Of a stretch of DNA of 64,000 nt, positions 53,780 through 62,308 are shown one piece after another. The notes below the pieces were generated by a model. It did no database searches and was not told where the DNA came from. It saw only the letters and a list, made by a program, of their open reading frames with translations. The translations under genes were made by a program, and so were the position numbers. Position 1 is the first letter of the stretch, and every line of letters starts with the position of its first letter. Source of the stretch: a virus; IMG/VR virus record IMGVR_UViG_3300047409_000171, positions 6,156 to 70,155 of that record. The stretch is one strand, 5' to 3'.

Positions 53780-54045
53780 TGGCCACCCACATCATGAACG
53801 ACGGTTCCAAGGTCGTTACCTCCAACATCTTCCCGCCGATCCCCCTGCGTCAGTTCGACTGGTGCGCCTATTTCGGCGGCGAGGAGGAAGGCCTGACCGG
53901 CTACGGCGCGACTGAGGCCGACGCGATTGACGACCTGACCCAGCTTTGGGAGGAAGCGCAGCCCGAACCAGAGGACGAGCGCGAGCCGTTCGATCATCAG
54001 ACGGCCGCTTGGGATAGGGCGCGCGATCTGAGGAAGCACTCATGA
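53779..54045 (+). CDS. Conserved phage hypothetical protein
   Basis: PPIP.R.FDW.A...GYGATE..AI.DL. Confidence 0.7.
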   Translation: MATHIMNDGSKVVTSNIFPPIPLRQFDWCAYFGGEEEGLTGYGATEADAIDDLTQLWEEAQPEPEDEREPFDHQTAAWDRARDLRKHS

Positions 54046-54314
54046 GCGCGCTACCAAAGGTGGATGTTGTCCGGATTGAAGGCAAGGATAACTACGGCAA
54101 GCCGCGCCAGAACTACGCTGACCGGATTGCTGCGATGGATGACACGGCTTTCATGAAAGAGGCCGAGCAGGCCATCTGGCTCTCGGCCTACGCGGCGAAC
54201 AACCTGCGTTCTGATTATCACTGGCACGCAGACGCTTGCTACGACGAAGCAAAGCGCCGCGACAACCCAGACCTGTACACCCGAGCGCATCGCCGTGCCT
54301 CTGGCACGATGTAG
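54042..54314 (+). CDS. Hypothetical protein
   Basis: Coupled ORF. Confidence 0.6.
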   Translation: MSALPKVDVVRIEGKDNYGKPRQNYADRIAAMDDTAFMKEAEQAIWLSAYAANNLRSDYHWHADACYDEAKRRDNPDLYTRAHRRASGTM

Positions 54315-54324
54315 GAGTGCACCA

Positions 54325-54525
54325 ATGAGCCAAACCAGCATAGCGGCAGAGATCGCCACCCGCACCGCAGCGGCAGAGCGCAAACTGGCGGTGGCTCTCG
54401 GCCACGACGCGATCGACGTTTTCGATCTGTGGAGCCGGGCCTATTTCGAGACGTTCAATCGGGCATGGGACGCACCGCGCCCGGCTGTGAACCTGCCCCT
54501 CCGGATGATCGGAAACATGACGTGA
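54325..54525 (+). CDS. Hypothetical protein
   Basis: AGGAG RBS. Confidence 0.55.
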   Translation: MSQTSIAAEIATRTAAAERKLAVALGHDAIDVFDLWSRAYFETFNRAWDAPRPAVNLPLRMIGNMT

Positions 54526-56249
54526 CGCAGCCAATTCCAGACGCAGCGCTTGATGATCGGTTGGGCTTTGTCGGCACGGCCGGATCAGGCAAGAGCTACA
54601 ACGCCATGGGCCGCGTCGAGCGGCTGCTGTCGCGCAAGGCGCGCGTGTGCTGCGTCGATCCGCTCGGGGTATTCTGGGGATTGCGCCTGGATGCAGACGG
54701 CAAATCACCGTCCGGTTTCAACATTCCTATTTTCGGCGGACCGCACGGTGACTTGCCGCTGACGGAACATTCCGGCGCCTTGATCGGCGAGACCGTGGCC
54801 GGCATGGCGGAATCCTGCATCATTGACCTGAGCGAAATCGGCACCAAGGCTGGCGAACGTCGGTTCATGCTTCATTTCCTCACGGCACTGTACCGCAAGG
54901 CCAACGGCGAGCCGCTGCACCTCGTCATTGACGAAGCGGATATGTTCGCGCCGCAGAAGATCAACGACAAGGAAGGCGAGGCCGCGAAGCTGCTCGGCAT
55001 GATGGAGACCGTGGTCAGGCGTGGGCGTATCAAGGGCTTTATCCCATGGCTGATTACCCAGCGGCCGGCAGTGATCGCCAAGGACGTTCTCAGCCAAGTT
55101 GACGGGTTGGTGGCGTTCAAGCTCACGAGTTCGCAGGATCGCGACGCGATCAGCGCATGGGTCGAAGGCTCGGCCGACAAGGACGATTGGAAGGCCATGC
55201 GCGGCGCGCTGCCGGCGATGGAACGCGGCCAAGGCGTGGTGTGGATCCCTGGGCGCGGGATCATGGAGACGGTCCGATTCCCGGAAAAATTCACGTTCGA
55301 TTCGTCCCGCACGCCGAAGCGCGGCGAGAAGAAATCGGCGGCGGCGCTGAAACCACTGGACCTCGGCTCGCTCAAGGAGCGGCTGGCGACCGTCGACGCG
55401 GAGACCAAGGCGAACGACCCCAAGGCGTTGCGCGCGCGGATTGTCGAGCTTGAGCGGCAGAAGGCGACCACGCCACCGTCGGCAATCTTTGCGGCATCAA
55501 ATGCAACTGCTCGAGCAGAAGGAGACCGCGCCGGATTTGAGCGTGCGGACCGCCAATGGCATGGCGTGATGACGGCGCCATGGGCCGCGTTCACCAATGC
55601 GTGGCAGTCCTACGAACAGTCGCGCGACCGTTTGAACGATGCAATCCGCGAAATCTCGCATGTTGTCGATGTGGCGTTGCAATACCGCGCGCCGCCGAAA
55701 TCGGGCTCGCCAGCCATCCCGGCACCAGCCCCGAAGCGCGCGCCGCTCGCCCCAGCGGTAGTGCGCAAACCGTCTCCTGCGGCGAATGGGGACGGTAGCC
55801 TTCCCAAGGGTGAGCGCCTGTGCCTGACCGCAATCGCGCAGAACAGCAACGGCATCACCCGCCAGCATTTGACCGTTGTCACCGGTTACAAGCGGTCGAC
55901 TAGGGATGCCTATATCCAGCGATTGCGGGAGAAGGGCTGCGTTGATGAGCGCGGTAGCCGTCTCTACCTGACCGACGCTGGCGGCGAAATGCTTGGCCCG
56001 TTTGACCCGCTGCCGACCGGTGCCGCGCTGCAGGATCACGTCCTTGGCACGTTGCCAGAAGGCGAGCGCGCCGTGCTGGCACTCATCATCCCCGCCTATC
56101 CCAACGGCGTCGATCGCGATACGATCAGCATCGAAACCGGCTATAAACGGTCCACGCGGGACGCCTATATTCAGCGGCTCAGCACTCGGGAATTGGTCGA
56201 TGCCAGCCGCGGTGGCGTCGTGGTCGCATCGCAGGATTTGTTCGCATGA
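54522..56249 (+). CDS. HerA/FtsK-like (DUF87) ATPase with two C-terminal winged-helix repeats
   Basis: GTAGSGKS, VDPLG, VIDEAD, RGR..G, ITQRP; repeated TGYKRSTRDAYIQRL. Confidence 0.85.
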   Translation: MTQPIPDAALDDRLGFVGTAGSGKSYNAMGRVERLLSRKARVCCVDPLGVFWGLRLDADGKSPSGFNIPIFGGPHGDLPLTEHSGALIGETVAGMAESCIIDLSEIGTKAGERRFMLHFLTALYRKANGEPLHLVIDEADMFAPQKINDKEGEAAKLLGMMETVVRRGRIKGFIPWLITQRPAVIAKDVLSQVDGLVAFKLTSSQDRDAISAWVEGSADKDDWKAMRGALPAMERGQGVVWIPGRGIMETVRFPEKFTFDSSRTPKRGEKKSAAALKPLDLGSLKERLATVDAETKANDPKALRARIVELERQKATTPPSAIFAASNATARAEGDRAGFERADRQWHGVMTAPWAAFTNAWQSYEQSRDRLNDAIREISHVVDVALQYRAPPKSGSPAIPAPAPKRAPLAPAVVRKPSPAANGDGSLPKGERLCLTAIAQNSNGITRQHLTVVTGYKRSTRDAYIQRLREKGCVDERGSRLYLTDAGGEMLGPFDPLPTGAALQDHVLGTLPEGERAVLALIIPAYPNGVDRDTISIETGYKRSTRDAYIQRLSTRELVDASRGGVVVASQDLFA

Positions 56250-56512
56250 GCCAGAACGGCCGCCCCACCATGTCAGGCAGAGAGTTGCGCAAAATCCGCG
56301 AACGCCTCGGCCTGACCTTGGATGATTTTGCAATCGAGCTCGGCTACGAAGGATCGCAGAACGGCAACCGGACTACCATCAAGAGATTCGAAAACGGCGA
56401 GCGGCCGATATCGTTGCCCGTGGCCAAACTCGCTTTTATGCTAGCTCAATTTGGAATCCCAAAATGGCCGCAACATTTAGAAGCTGAGCCGGCAAAGGAC
56501 AGCGCAGCATGA
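56246..56512 (+). CDS. XRE-family HTH protein
   Basis: ELRKIRERLGLT...A..LG...TIKRFENG.RPI. Confidence 0.8.
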   Translation: MSQNGRPTMSGRELRKIRERLGLTLDDFAIELGYEGSQNGNRTTIKRFENGERPISLPVAKLAFMLAQFGIPKWPQHLEAEPAKDSAA

Positions 56513-56681
56513 CCCTCATTCTCCCCCTCTGGCTACTTCTCTATCCGATTTTCTACCTCGTCGGATTCTGGAAGCCTGAACTGCTTCATCATGTTCAGGC
56601 GGACATCAGGATTTTGGGGAGGGGTGTTTTGATTTCTCAAACGCAGCTTTCACGCGCGGCAGAATAACACAGGAGAGATAG

Positions 56682-56954
56682 ATGGCGAAACACGAATTGA
56701 AAAGCTGGCCTGAGTTTTTCGTTCCGGTGTTTGAGGGCAAGAAAAACTTCGAACTCCGAAAGAACGACCGCCACTATCGCGCTGGCGACACGCTGCGGCT
56801 TCGCGAGTGGGAGCCGAACACAGCCAAATACAGCGGCCGGGAGGTGATTAAGGTTGTCACCTACGTCCTTGAAGGCATCGGCCCCGGCGGCATCACGCCG
56901 CTTCATGGCCTGTCGCGCGAATTTGCAATCCTCTCACTGGCCGACGCCGCATGA
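56682..56954 (+). CDS. ASCH/DUF3850 domain protein
   Basis: HELK.WPEFF..V..G.K.FELR.NDR.Y..GD.L.LREW. Confidence 0.9.
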   Translation: MAKHELKSWPEFFVPVFEGKKNFELRKNDRHYRAGDTLRLREWEPNTAKYSGREVIKVVTYVLEGIGPGGITPLHGLSREFAILSLADAA

Positions 56955-57169
56955 CCGACGCACCCAACCAATCTCAGCCTGACTGCGAACACGTCCCCGA
57001 GGTTTGGGTGGACTGCGAGGTCTGTTCTGGCGAGGGCGAAATCCTCAAAACCGTCCATGTCTATGAGGCAGGCTGCGGCTTCAGCCACCCGGACGTTTAT
57101 TCGAAGCCCTGCCAAGCATGCAACGGCACTGGCGGCATGATCTGCGACGCGGAGGGCGACCGCCCATGA
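56951..57169 (+). CDS. DnaJ-type Zn-finger protein
   Basis: CEVCSGEG...CQACNGTG. Confidence 0.65.
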   Translation: MTDAPNQSQPDCEHVPEVWVDCEVCSGEGEILKTVHVYEAGCGFSHPDVYSKPCQACNGTGGMICDAEGDRP

Positions 57170-57339
57170 CCGCAGCCCTGCAATTCTTCTTTGCCTTTAT
57201 CCAGGTCATCGGCATGGCCTGTCTGTTATGCGGCGGCTTTACCGCGCTATGCGGGAGCAAAGAGGGAGCCGCAGGCGCGCTGATCGGCATTGTGCTGATA
57301 TTGATGAGCGCTGGCGGATTGGGACTGGTGACGCTATGA
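57166..57339 (+). CDS. Small membrane protein
   Basis: Two hydrophobic helices, GGAGG RBS. Confidence 0.55.
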   Translation: MTAALQFFFAFIQVIGMACLLCGGFTALCGSKEGAAGALIGIVLILMSAGGLGLVTL

Positions 57340-57418
57340 GCGTTGGTAAAGCTGCTGCAGTGATTGGCGTCGTTCTTATTATCGCTGCGTGCGCCTTCTC
57401 TTTTCCGAGGATGTGAGC

Positions 57419-57637
57419 ATGAAGCTTTGGATGGTGATATTTATCGGCGGGCGTATTTTTGCGGTGTGGCACGATCCAATGCCACGCGACATGACGTTAG
57501 CCGAGTGTCAGATCAAAGCGGATCGTTGGACAGAATCTCAGGCGAGAAAACTGGACCCGGAAGATCAGCCGGTGTTTGCCTGCGTTCAGCGCTGGTTCCG
57601 ACCTAAACGCGGTGAACTTGCCGCAAGGAGGATGTGA
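57419..57637 (+). CDS. Hypothetical protein
   Basis: GAGG RBS; resembles 62481-62630. Confidence 0.5.
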   Translation: MKLWMVIFIGGRIFAVWHDPMPRDMTLAECQIKADRWTESQARKLDPEDQPVFACVQRWFRPKRGELAARRM

Positions 57638-58212
57638 GCATGGACAGGGAAGAAATGCCGGCAAAGATTGATGATCTCATTGTGCTGGCTGAAAACATCA
57701 TCGCCTTCGGCAGGAACATTACCTATCCATCGCGGGCTTCTTCTCGGTACGTTCGTAGCGTTATGACTGATTTAGTTGCCACTATCCGTGTTCTCCGCAC
57801 CCCCGCGCAACAGGAGGCATCTGGCGGCCCTTGGCGCTTGAATATCGGCCAACAAGGCTCCGGTCCTTGGGACAGAACAACCATTGAGACCAGCAACGGC
57901 GATATTGTTGTCGTTGTTGCTGTAGTCGATGCAGAAAACTCTGTTGCAGCGGCAAGCGCGCGGTTGCTTGTTGAAAGAGCCAATGCGGCCTCCTCTCCCG
58001 TAGTGGGAGAGCGGGAAGGGATCATTGAGGCGGTAACGGCGCTAGCACAACGCAACCACCCAATGACGCTGAGCCAAGTCATCGCCACTATTCGCTCCCT
58101 CCCCCTCCCCCCAGAGAAGGCACCAGCACCGGGCAGCGTGAGCGTGATGCCGACTTTGTGGCTGCCGCACTGTCCTCCACTGATAGCAAGGGCGCGGCGT
58201 GAATGTCCTTGA
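57634..58212 (+). CDS. Hypothetical protein
   Basis: AGGAGG RBS. Confidence 0.55.
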   Translation: MSMDREEMPAKIDDLIVLAENIIAFGRNITYPSRASSRYVRSVMTDLVATIRVLRTPAQQEASGGPWRLNIGQQGSGPWDRTTIETSNGDIVVVVAVVDAENSVAAASARLLVERANAASSPVVGEREGIIEAVTALAQRNHPMTLSQVIATIRSLPLPPEKAPAPGSVSVMPTLWLPHCPPLIARARRECP

Positions 58213-58984
58213 CCTCTTCTCAGGAATTGGCGGCTTCAGCCTCGGGCTCGAACGGGCCGGAATGCGAACCGTTGCCTTCTGCGAGATCGAGCCATATCAG
58301 CGATCTGTTCTCGCCCGACATTGGCCCGGCATCCCAATCTACGACGACGTGCGGACACTCACAGCCGATCGACTTGCCGCGGACGGAGTTTCCGTGGATG
58401 CCATCTGCGGGGGCTTCCCCTGCCAAGACCTTTCAGCAGTCGGAGCCCGTGCCGGGATTGAAGGATTCAAGAGCGGCCTTTGGCGTGAATACCACCGACT
58501 TATTCGCGAACTACGACCCCGCGTCGTCGTCGTGGAAAACGTCACAGGCTTGCTTGATCGAGGGATGGGCAGAGTTCTCGGAGACCTGGCCATCATCGGG
58601 TACGATGCGGAATGGTCGGTGCTTTCATGCTGCCGACTGGGTGCCTCACACGCACGAGAGCGCGTGCTCATTGTGGCATACCCCAACGAACAACGAGAAG
58701 AAGCCAGCTGGCCAGAAGGAGATGGAAATGGTCCGTCTCCACGATCTCGGCCATTCCGTCCCGAATACGTACATCAGGCTACGGTCACAGTTGGCCGCGC
58801 GTACCGGGAAGCGCTTGCCAGCCAATCCGGACTGGCTGGAGTCGCAGATGGGGTACCCGATCGGATTCAGCGCAACGGGTCGCTCGGAAACTCCGTCTCG
58901 CCACCCGTCATCGAAACCGTTGGACGCGCGATCATGAGGGCTCTTTCCATCTCTTCGCAGCACCAAACCAATGAGGCGGGCTGA
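58199..58984 (+). CDS. dcm: C5 cytosine DNA methyltransferase (alpha-like chain)
   Basis: LDLFSGIGG, GGFPCQD, VENV, H.RER, LGNSV. Confidence 0.9.
   Translation: MNVLDLFSGIGGFSLGLERAGMRTVAFCEIEPYQRSVLARHWPGIPIYDDVRTLTADRLAADGVSVDAICGGFPCQDLSAVGARAGIEGFKSGLWREYHRLIRELRPRVVVVENVTGLLDRGMGRVLGDLAIIGYDAEWSVLSCCRLGASHARERVLIVAYPNEQREEASWPEGDGNGPSPRSRPFRPEYVHQATVTVGRAYREALASQSGLAGVADGVPDRIQRNGSLGNSVSPPVIETVGRAIMRALSISSQHQTNEAG
58203..58937 (+). CDS. Overlapping alternative-frame ORF, probable methyltransferase beta-like chain
   Basis: 244 open codons; WHTPT and ANPDWLESQMGYPIGFS (motif IX-like). Confidence 0.55.
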   Translation: MSLTSSQELAASASGSNGPECEPLPSARSSHISDLFSPDIGPASQSTTTCGHSQPIDLPRTEFPWMPSAGASPAKTFQQSEPVPGLKDSRAAFGVNTTDLFANYDPASSSWKTSQACLIEGWAEFSETWPSSGTMRNGRCFHAADWVPHTHESACSLWHTPTNNEKKPAGQKEMEMVRLHDLGHSVPNTYIRLRSQLAARTGKRLPANPDWLESQMGYPIGFSATGRSETPSRHPSSKPLDARS

Positions 58985-59040
58985 CGCATGGCAGAACACG
59001 CAGTAATTCCGAGAGAAGACTCCGCGCTGCGCGCCGTCGC

Positions 59041-59298
59041 ATGTGCCGACAGATTGCCTCCGTCATTGTCATGGCGATGGCACAGTCTGACGTGAGCTTC
59101 ACCGTCATGGCTGCCCGCATCGGGAGGCGCGAAAAGACGGTTCGCCGCTGGGTTAACCTGCTGATGGACGGCCGCTGCAAGCGGGTTGGACTCAGTGAAG
59201 TCTCCGACATGATGTTCGCCTGCGGCGGCGCCATTCTCAAAATCGAGCTGGTCACGCGAGGAGGCTGTTTCGGTCTCGCGCCCCCACTCAAACCCTGA
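59041..59298 (+). CDS. HTH-like protein
   Basis: SFTVMAARIGRREKTVRRW. Confidence 0.5.
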   Translation: MCRQIASVIVMAMAQSDVSFTVMAARIGRREKTVRRWVNLLMDGRCKRVGLSEVSDMMFACGGAILKIELVTRGGCFGLAPPLKP

Positions 59299-59309
59299 GG
59301 CGAAGTGAC

Positions 59310-59735
59310 ATGAGCCGATCTGGATATTCTGACGACTGGCCCGAAGACAATTCTGGGTGGCTCTATCGAGGCGCCGTCTTATCGGCACTCAAGGGGAAAC
59401 GCGGTCAAGCCTTCCTGAAGGAGATGCTGGCCGCACTCGACGCCATGCCCGTCAAGGAATTGATCGCTGGCGATCTTCAAGACGGCGATAAGGTTTGCGC
59501 CATCGGCGCTGTCGGCCGCGCCCGCGGCATCGACATGACAAACCTTGACCCCGAGGACTCCAGCACCGTAGCCGCCAAGTTCGGCATCGCATCCGCGATG
59601 GCGCGCGAACTGGTTTTCGAAAACGACGACGACCTGGGGTTCAGGACCGAGACGCCGGCACAGCGTTTCGAGCGGATGCGTAGGTGGGTCGCGGACGAGA
59701 TCACTCCCGATGTTGTGGGAACAGGGAAGGACTGA
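59310..59735 (+). CDS. Conserved phage hypothetical protein
   Basis: MSRSGYSDD, G.RGQAFL.E...ALDAMP.KELI, VCAIG. Confidence 0.75.
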   Translation: MSRSGYSDDWPEDNSGWLYRGAVLSALKGKRGQAFLKEMLAALDAMPVKELIAGDLQDGDKVCAIGAVGRARGIDMTNLDPEDSSTVAAKFGIASAMARELVFENDDDLGFRTETPAQRFERMRRWVADEITPDVVGTGKD

Positions 59736-59863
59736 GGCAATGAAGCGCAACCCATATAGTCCGCGGGAGAACGTCTTTTGGTTCGTTCTCGGAGCCTGCA
59801 CGATGGCAGCGGTTGGCGCTGCGAGCCTGTTCGTGCTGCGCATATATCAACAATGAGGCAAAA

Positions 59864-60142
59864 ATGACACGCATTATTTCTGACAAGTCGCTGCATCGGC
59901 CTGGCTACATCAGCGAGCCGGTGCCCGGCGGCGGTTTCATCGAATACCCCGCCGGCATCAAGCCGCACATCAACTGGAAGCACATCGACGGCCCACTGCT
60001 CTACACGTCCGATTGCGGGCTGGAATGGCTTTCGCTGTGGGACCGATTCCGGTTCGCCCTTGGCTTCACCGACATCCACGGCCTTGACCGCAAGTACCGT
60101 CGCGATGTTGTCGGAACACCGACCATCACCAAACCCACTTGA
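59864..60142 (+). CDS. Hypothetical protein
   Basis: GAGG RBS. Confidence 0.55.
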   Translation: MTRIISDKSLHRPGYISEPVPGGGFIEYPAGIKPHINWKHIDGPLLYTSDCGLEWLSLWDRFRFALGFTDIHGLDRKYRRDVVGTPTITKPT

Positions 60143-60192
60143 CCATAACCACATCTCAGGACGATATTTCAACAAGCTAAAGGACAGTGATC

Positions 60193-60435
60193 ATGCAGGA
60201 TATTTTGACAGAAAAAGAAGCTAACTTGCGGCGTTGCCCGTATAGTTTTGGGCCGCCGTTCACGTCAAGCGGTGCAAAAATATCTGGTTCTTCAGGGATA
60301 ACCGAGGCTGTCCAGACATCTCCAACCAATTGCATCGCATCGGAATGTATGGCTTGGCGCTTAGCCCATAAAGATAGCGCCCAAGGCGAGGAACGGGGAT
60401 ACTGTGGCGCATTCGGTCTACCGAGGTTCACATGA
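60193..60435 (+). CDS. Conserved Cys-containing phage protein
   Basis: TE.EA...CP, CIAS.CMAWR, GYCG. Confidence 0.7.
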   Translation: MQDILTEKEANLRRCPYSFGPPFTSSGAKISGSSGITEAVQTSPTNCIASECMAWRLAHKDSAQGEERGYCGAFGLPRFT

Positions 60436-60623
60436 TAGATAAAAAATACACGGTAATCGGATATGATGCCTACGGTCAGACCGTATCGGAGGAAATATCT
60501 GTCCCGAGCAAGTCATGGAAGCAGACCGTCCGTGTCGCATTGGTTGCTATCCTCGGCCATGGCCTGTCCTATCGAATAGGCCTCACCAAATTCCGCAAGA
60601 TCAGCGGCATAAAAATCGGCTAA
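60432..60623 (+). CDS. 63-aa protein resembling a fragment of virion protein 22525-23802
   Basis: YTVIGYDAYGQTVSEEIS vs VTVTGYDIFNNRMTEYLS. Confidence 0.6.
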   Translation: MIDKKYTVIGYDAYGQTVSEEISVPSKSWKQTVRVALVAILGHGLSYRIGLTKFRKISGIKIG

Positions 60624-60629
60624 CCGATT

Positions 60630-61136
60630 GTGCCAGCACTTAAAAACGAACGGTGGGAGCTTTTCGCGCAGGGCTTGGCGACAGGCATGCCGCAATGTGA
60701 GGCCTATGCTGAAGCAGGCTACAATCGCCCAAGTGACGGGTCGGCAAGTCGATTAGCAAAAAAAGCGCAGGTTTCCAGCAGGGTAGCCGAACTCAATAGC
60801 CGCAAGGCATCTCGCATAGTCCTTACTCGGAATTACATTCTCGAGGCCGCGATAGAGAACGCCGAGAAGGCTTTGGGGCGCCGTCCAGTGAAGATTTCTC
60901 GGAAAGTCGGCGATAAGTATGAGCAAACAGAGGTTTATCTCTACGAGGGCCAAGTAGCGAACGCGGCTCTGAAGATGCTGGGCAGCGAGCTCAATATGTT
61001 CGTGGATCGGAAAGACGTCAGGATTGTCAACGAGTTCGACAAGCTGACGGACCAGGAACTGGCGGATGAGTTGAGCCGTGCGGCGCGGTTGCTGCTGGAG
61101 TCGGACGGGAAGGTGATTGAGCACGAGGACGAATAG
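60630..61136 (+). CDS. terS: Terminase small subunit
   Basis: L.N.R.E.FAQ.LA.G....AY..AGY, ASRL, AL..LG..L.MF. Confidence 0.85.
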   Translation: MPALKNERWELFAQGLATGMPQCEAYAEAGYNRPSDGSASRLAKKAQVSSRVAELNSRKASRIVLTRNYILEAAIENAEKALGRRPVKISRKVGDKYEQTEVYLYEGQVANAALKMLGSELNMFVDRKDVRIVNEFDKLTDQELADELSRAARLLLESDGKVIEHEDE

Positions 61137-61140
61137 GGCT

Positions 61141-61171
61141 TGTTAGACTAACGCCAGCCTGTTAGACTAAC
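61141..61171. repeat. Tandem palindromic 12-bp direct repeat TGTTAGACTAAC (x2)
   Basis: Identical copies at 61141-61152 and 61160-61171. Confidence 0.8.
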
Positions 61172-61174
61172 TCA

Positions 61175-61450
61175 ATGGAGCCACCTTTTTGCAAGACGTG
61201 CGGCAAGCACCATTGGGAGCGGATATGCCCGAAAACAGCGGTACCCTCATCTGTAAAAATTGCGGCGAAGAAACCCCCGCAGACCTCAGCCCAGGTTCCT
61301 TCACGGAAGTCTCCGTCAACTGCCCAACCTGCGGTGAAAAAGGAATCGGGCGCTTCGTCTCCCCCGAAGCCCAGAGCCCCAAGGGGGTCATTCAATCGGA
61401 ATGAGTACATGAAGGAATACATGCGCAGGCGACGGGCGGCCCAAAAATGA
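61175..61450 (+). CDS. Small basic protein with N-terminal CxxC-H-C
   Basis: CKTCGKHHW...CP; FNRNEYMKEYMRRRR; ATGA-coupled to the next gene. Confidence 0.65.
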   Translation: MEPPFCKTCGKHHWERICPKTAVPSSVKIAAKKPPQTSAQVPSRKSPSTAQPAVKKESGASSPPKPRAPRGSFNRNEYMKEYMRRRRAAQK

Positions 61451-61854
61451 CATGCTATCTATATCGCCACTTCGGGCACGGGAACGAATTGCTTTATGTG
61501 GGTATTTCGTTATCGGCGATTGCGCGTCTCAGCCAGCACCGGTCTTCGCCTTGGTTCAAGGAAATCGTTCGGGTTGAGATAGAGTGCCACCCGACACGGG
61601 AGTATGCTCAATTCCAAGAGCATTGGGCCGTCAAACACGAAAAGCCAAAATACAATAAGATCGCCCCCTCCTACGATTCCTCATCTCCAACGCTGATTAA
61701 ACTTTGCATACGCTACGCGCGAGATGAAATCTGGATGGACTCTTGGGACCCGGGGAAGGACCATTCTTCCCATGAGGAAGTTTTGCTTCTCTGTCATGAA
61801 CTAGAAAACTGGGATGTTTCGTCCAGCCGCAAGGCCGAAGGGACGCTGCCATGA
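61447..61854 (+). CDS. GIY-YIG nuclease-like protein
   Basis: YLYRHF....LLYVGIS....RL.QH...E...EKPKYN. Confidence 0.8.
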   Translation: MTCYLYRHFGHGNELLYVGISLSAIARLSQHRSSPWFKEIVRVEIECHPTREYAQFQEHWAVKHEKPKYNKIAPSYDSSSPTLIKLCIRYARDEIWMDSWDPGKDHSSHEEVLLLCHELENWDVSSSRKAEGTLP

Positions 61855-62144
61855 CATTCCGGGTCGGTCAGAAGGTGGTTTGCGTTGATGACGCTGGCAC
61901 AGATGAGACCGGTAGAATCGAACTGGTTCGTGGAACAATTTATACTGTGCGATGGCAAGGCTTTCATTGGAGTGATTATTATCCAGAACCTCTTTACTGC
62001 GTGCGCCTTGAAGAAGTTTGGCGCAAGGATGAATGGGTGGGCGATGATAATGAAGATTGTCCGTTCCGCGCGTCCCGCTTCCGGCCACTGATCGAAACCG
62101 ACATTTCGATTTTCACCGCAATGCTGCCGAAGGTGGATGCATGA
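61851..62144 (+). CDS. Conserved phage hypothetical protein
   Basis: F.VGQKVVCVD, G.IYTVR, RFRPL. Confidence 0.75.
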   Translation: MTFRVGQKVVCVDDAGTDETGRIELVRGTIYTVRWQGFHWSDYYPEPLYCVRLEEVWRKDEWVGDDNEDCPFRASRFRPLIETDISIFTAMLPKVDA

Positions 62145-62308
62145 CCCGCGCATCACAGATTGGCTACCAGCTATTGATGTCGCTTACGGTGGTGTCGGTC
62201 GGCGCGCTGCCGGGCGGGGTCATTGCTGCGATATGGACCGGCGAGTGGCGCTGGCTGATTGCTTCGGGGCTGGCTGCGCTGTTCTTGGGGAGGCTGGTGG
62301 CGCGATGA
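62141..62308 (+). CDS. Small membrane protein
   Basis: Coupled, two TM segments. Confidence 0.55.
   Translation: MTRASQIGYQLLMSLTVVSVGALPGGVIAAIWTGEWRWLIASGLAALFLGRLVAR

Noticed and set aside
58988-59095. ATG at 58988 as start of the HTH-like gene, implying a frameshift
   Set aside because: Different frame that stops early; no slippery site evident, so no claim made
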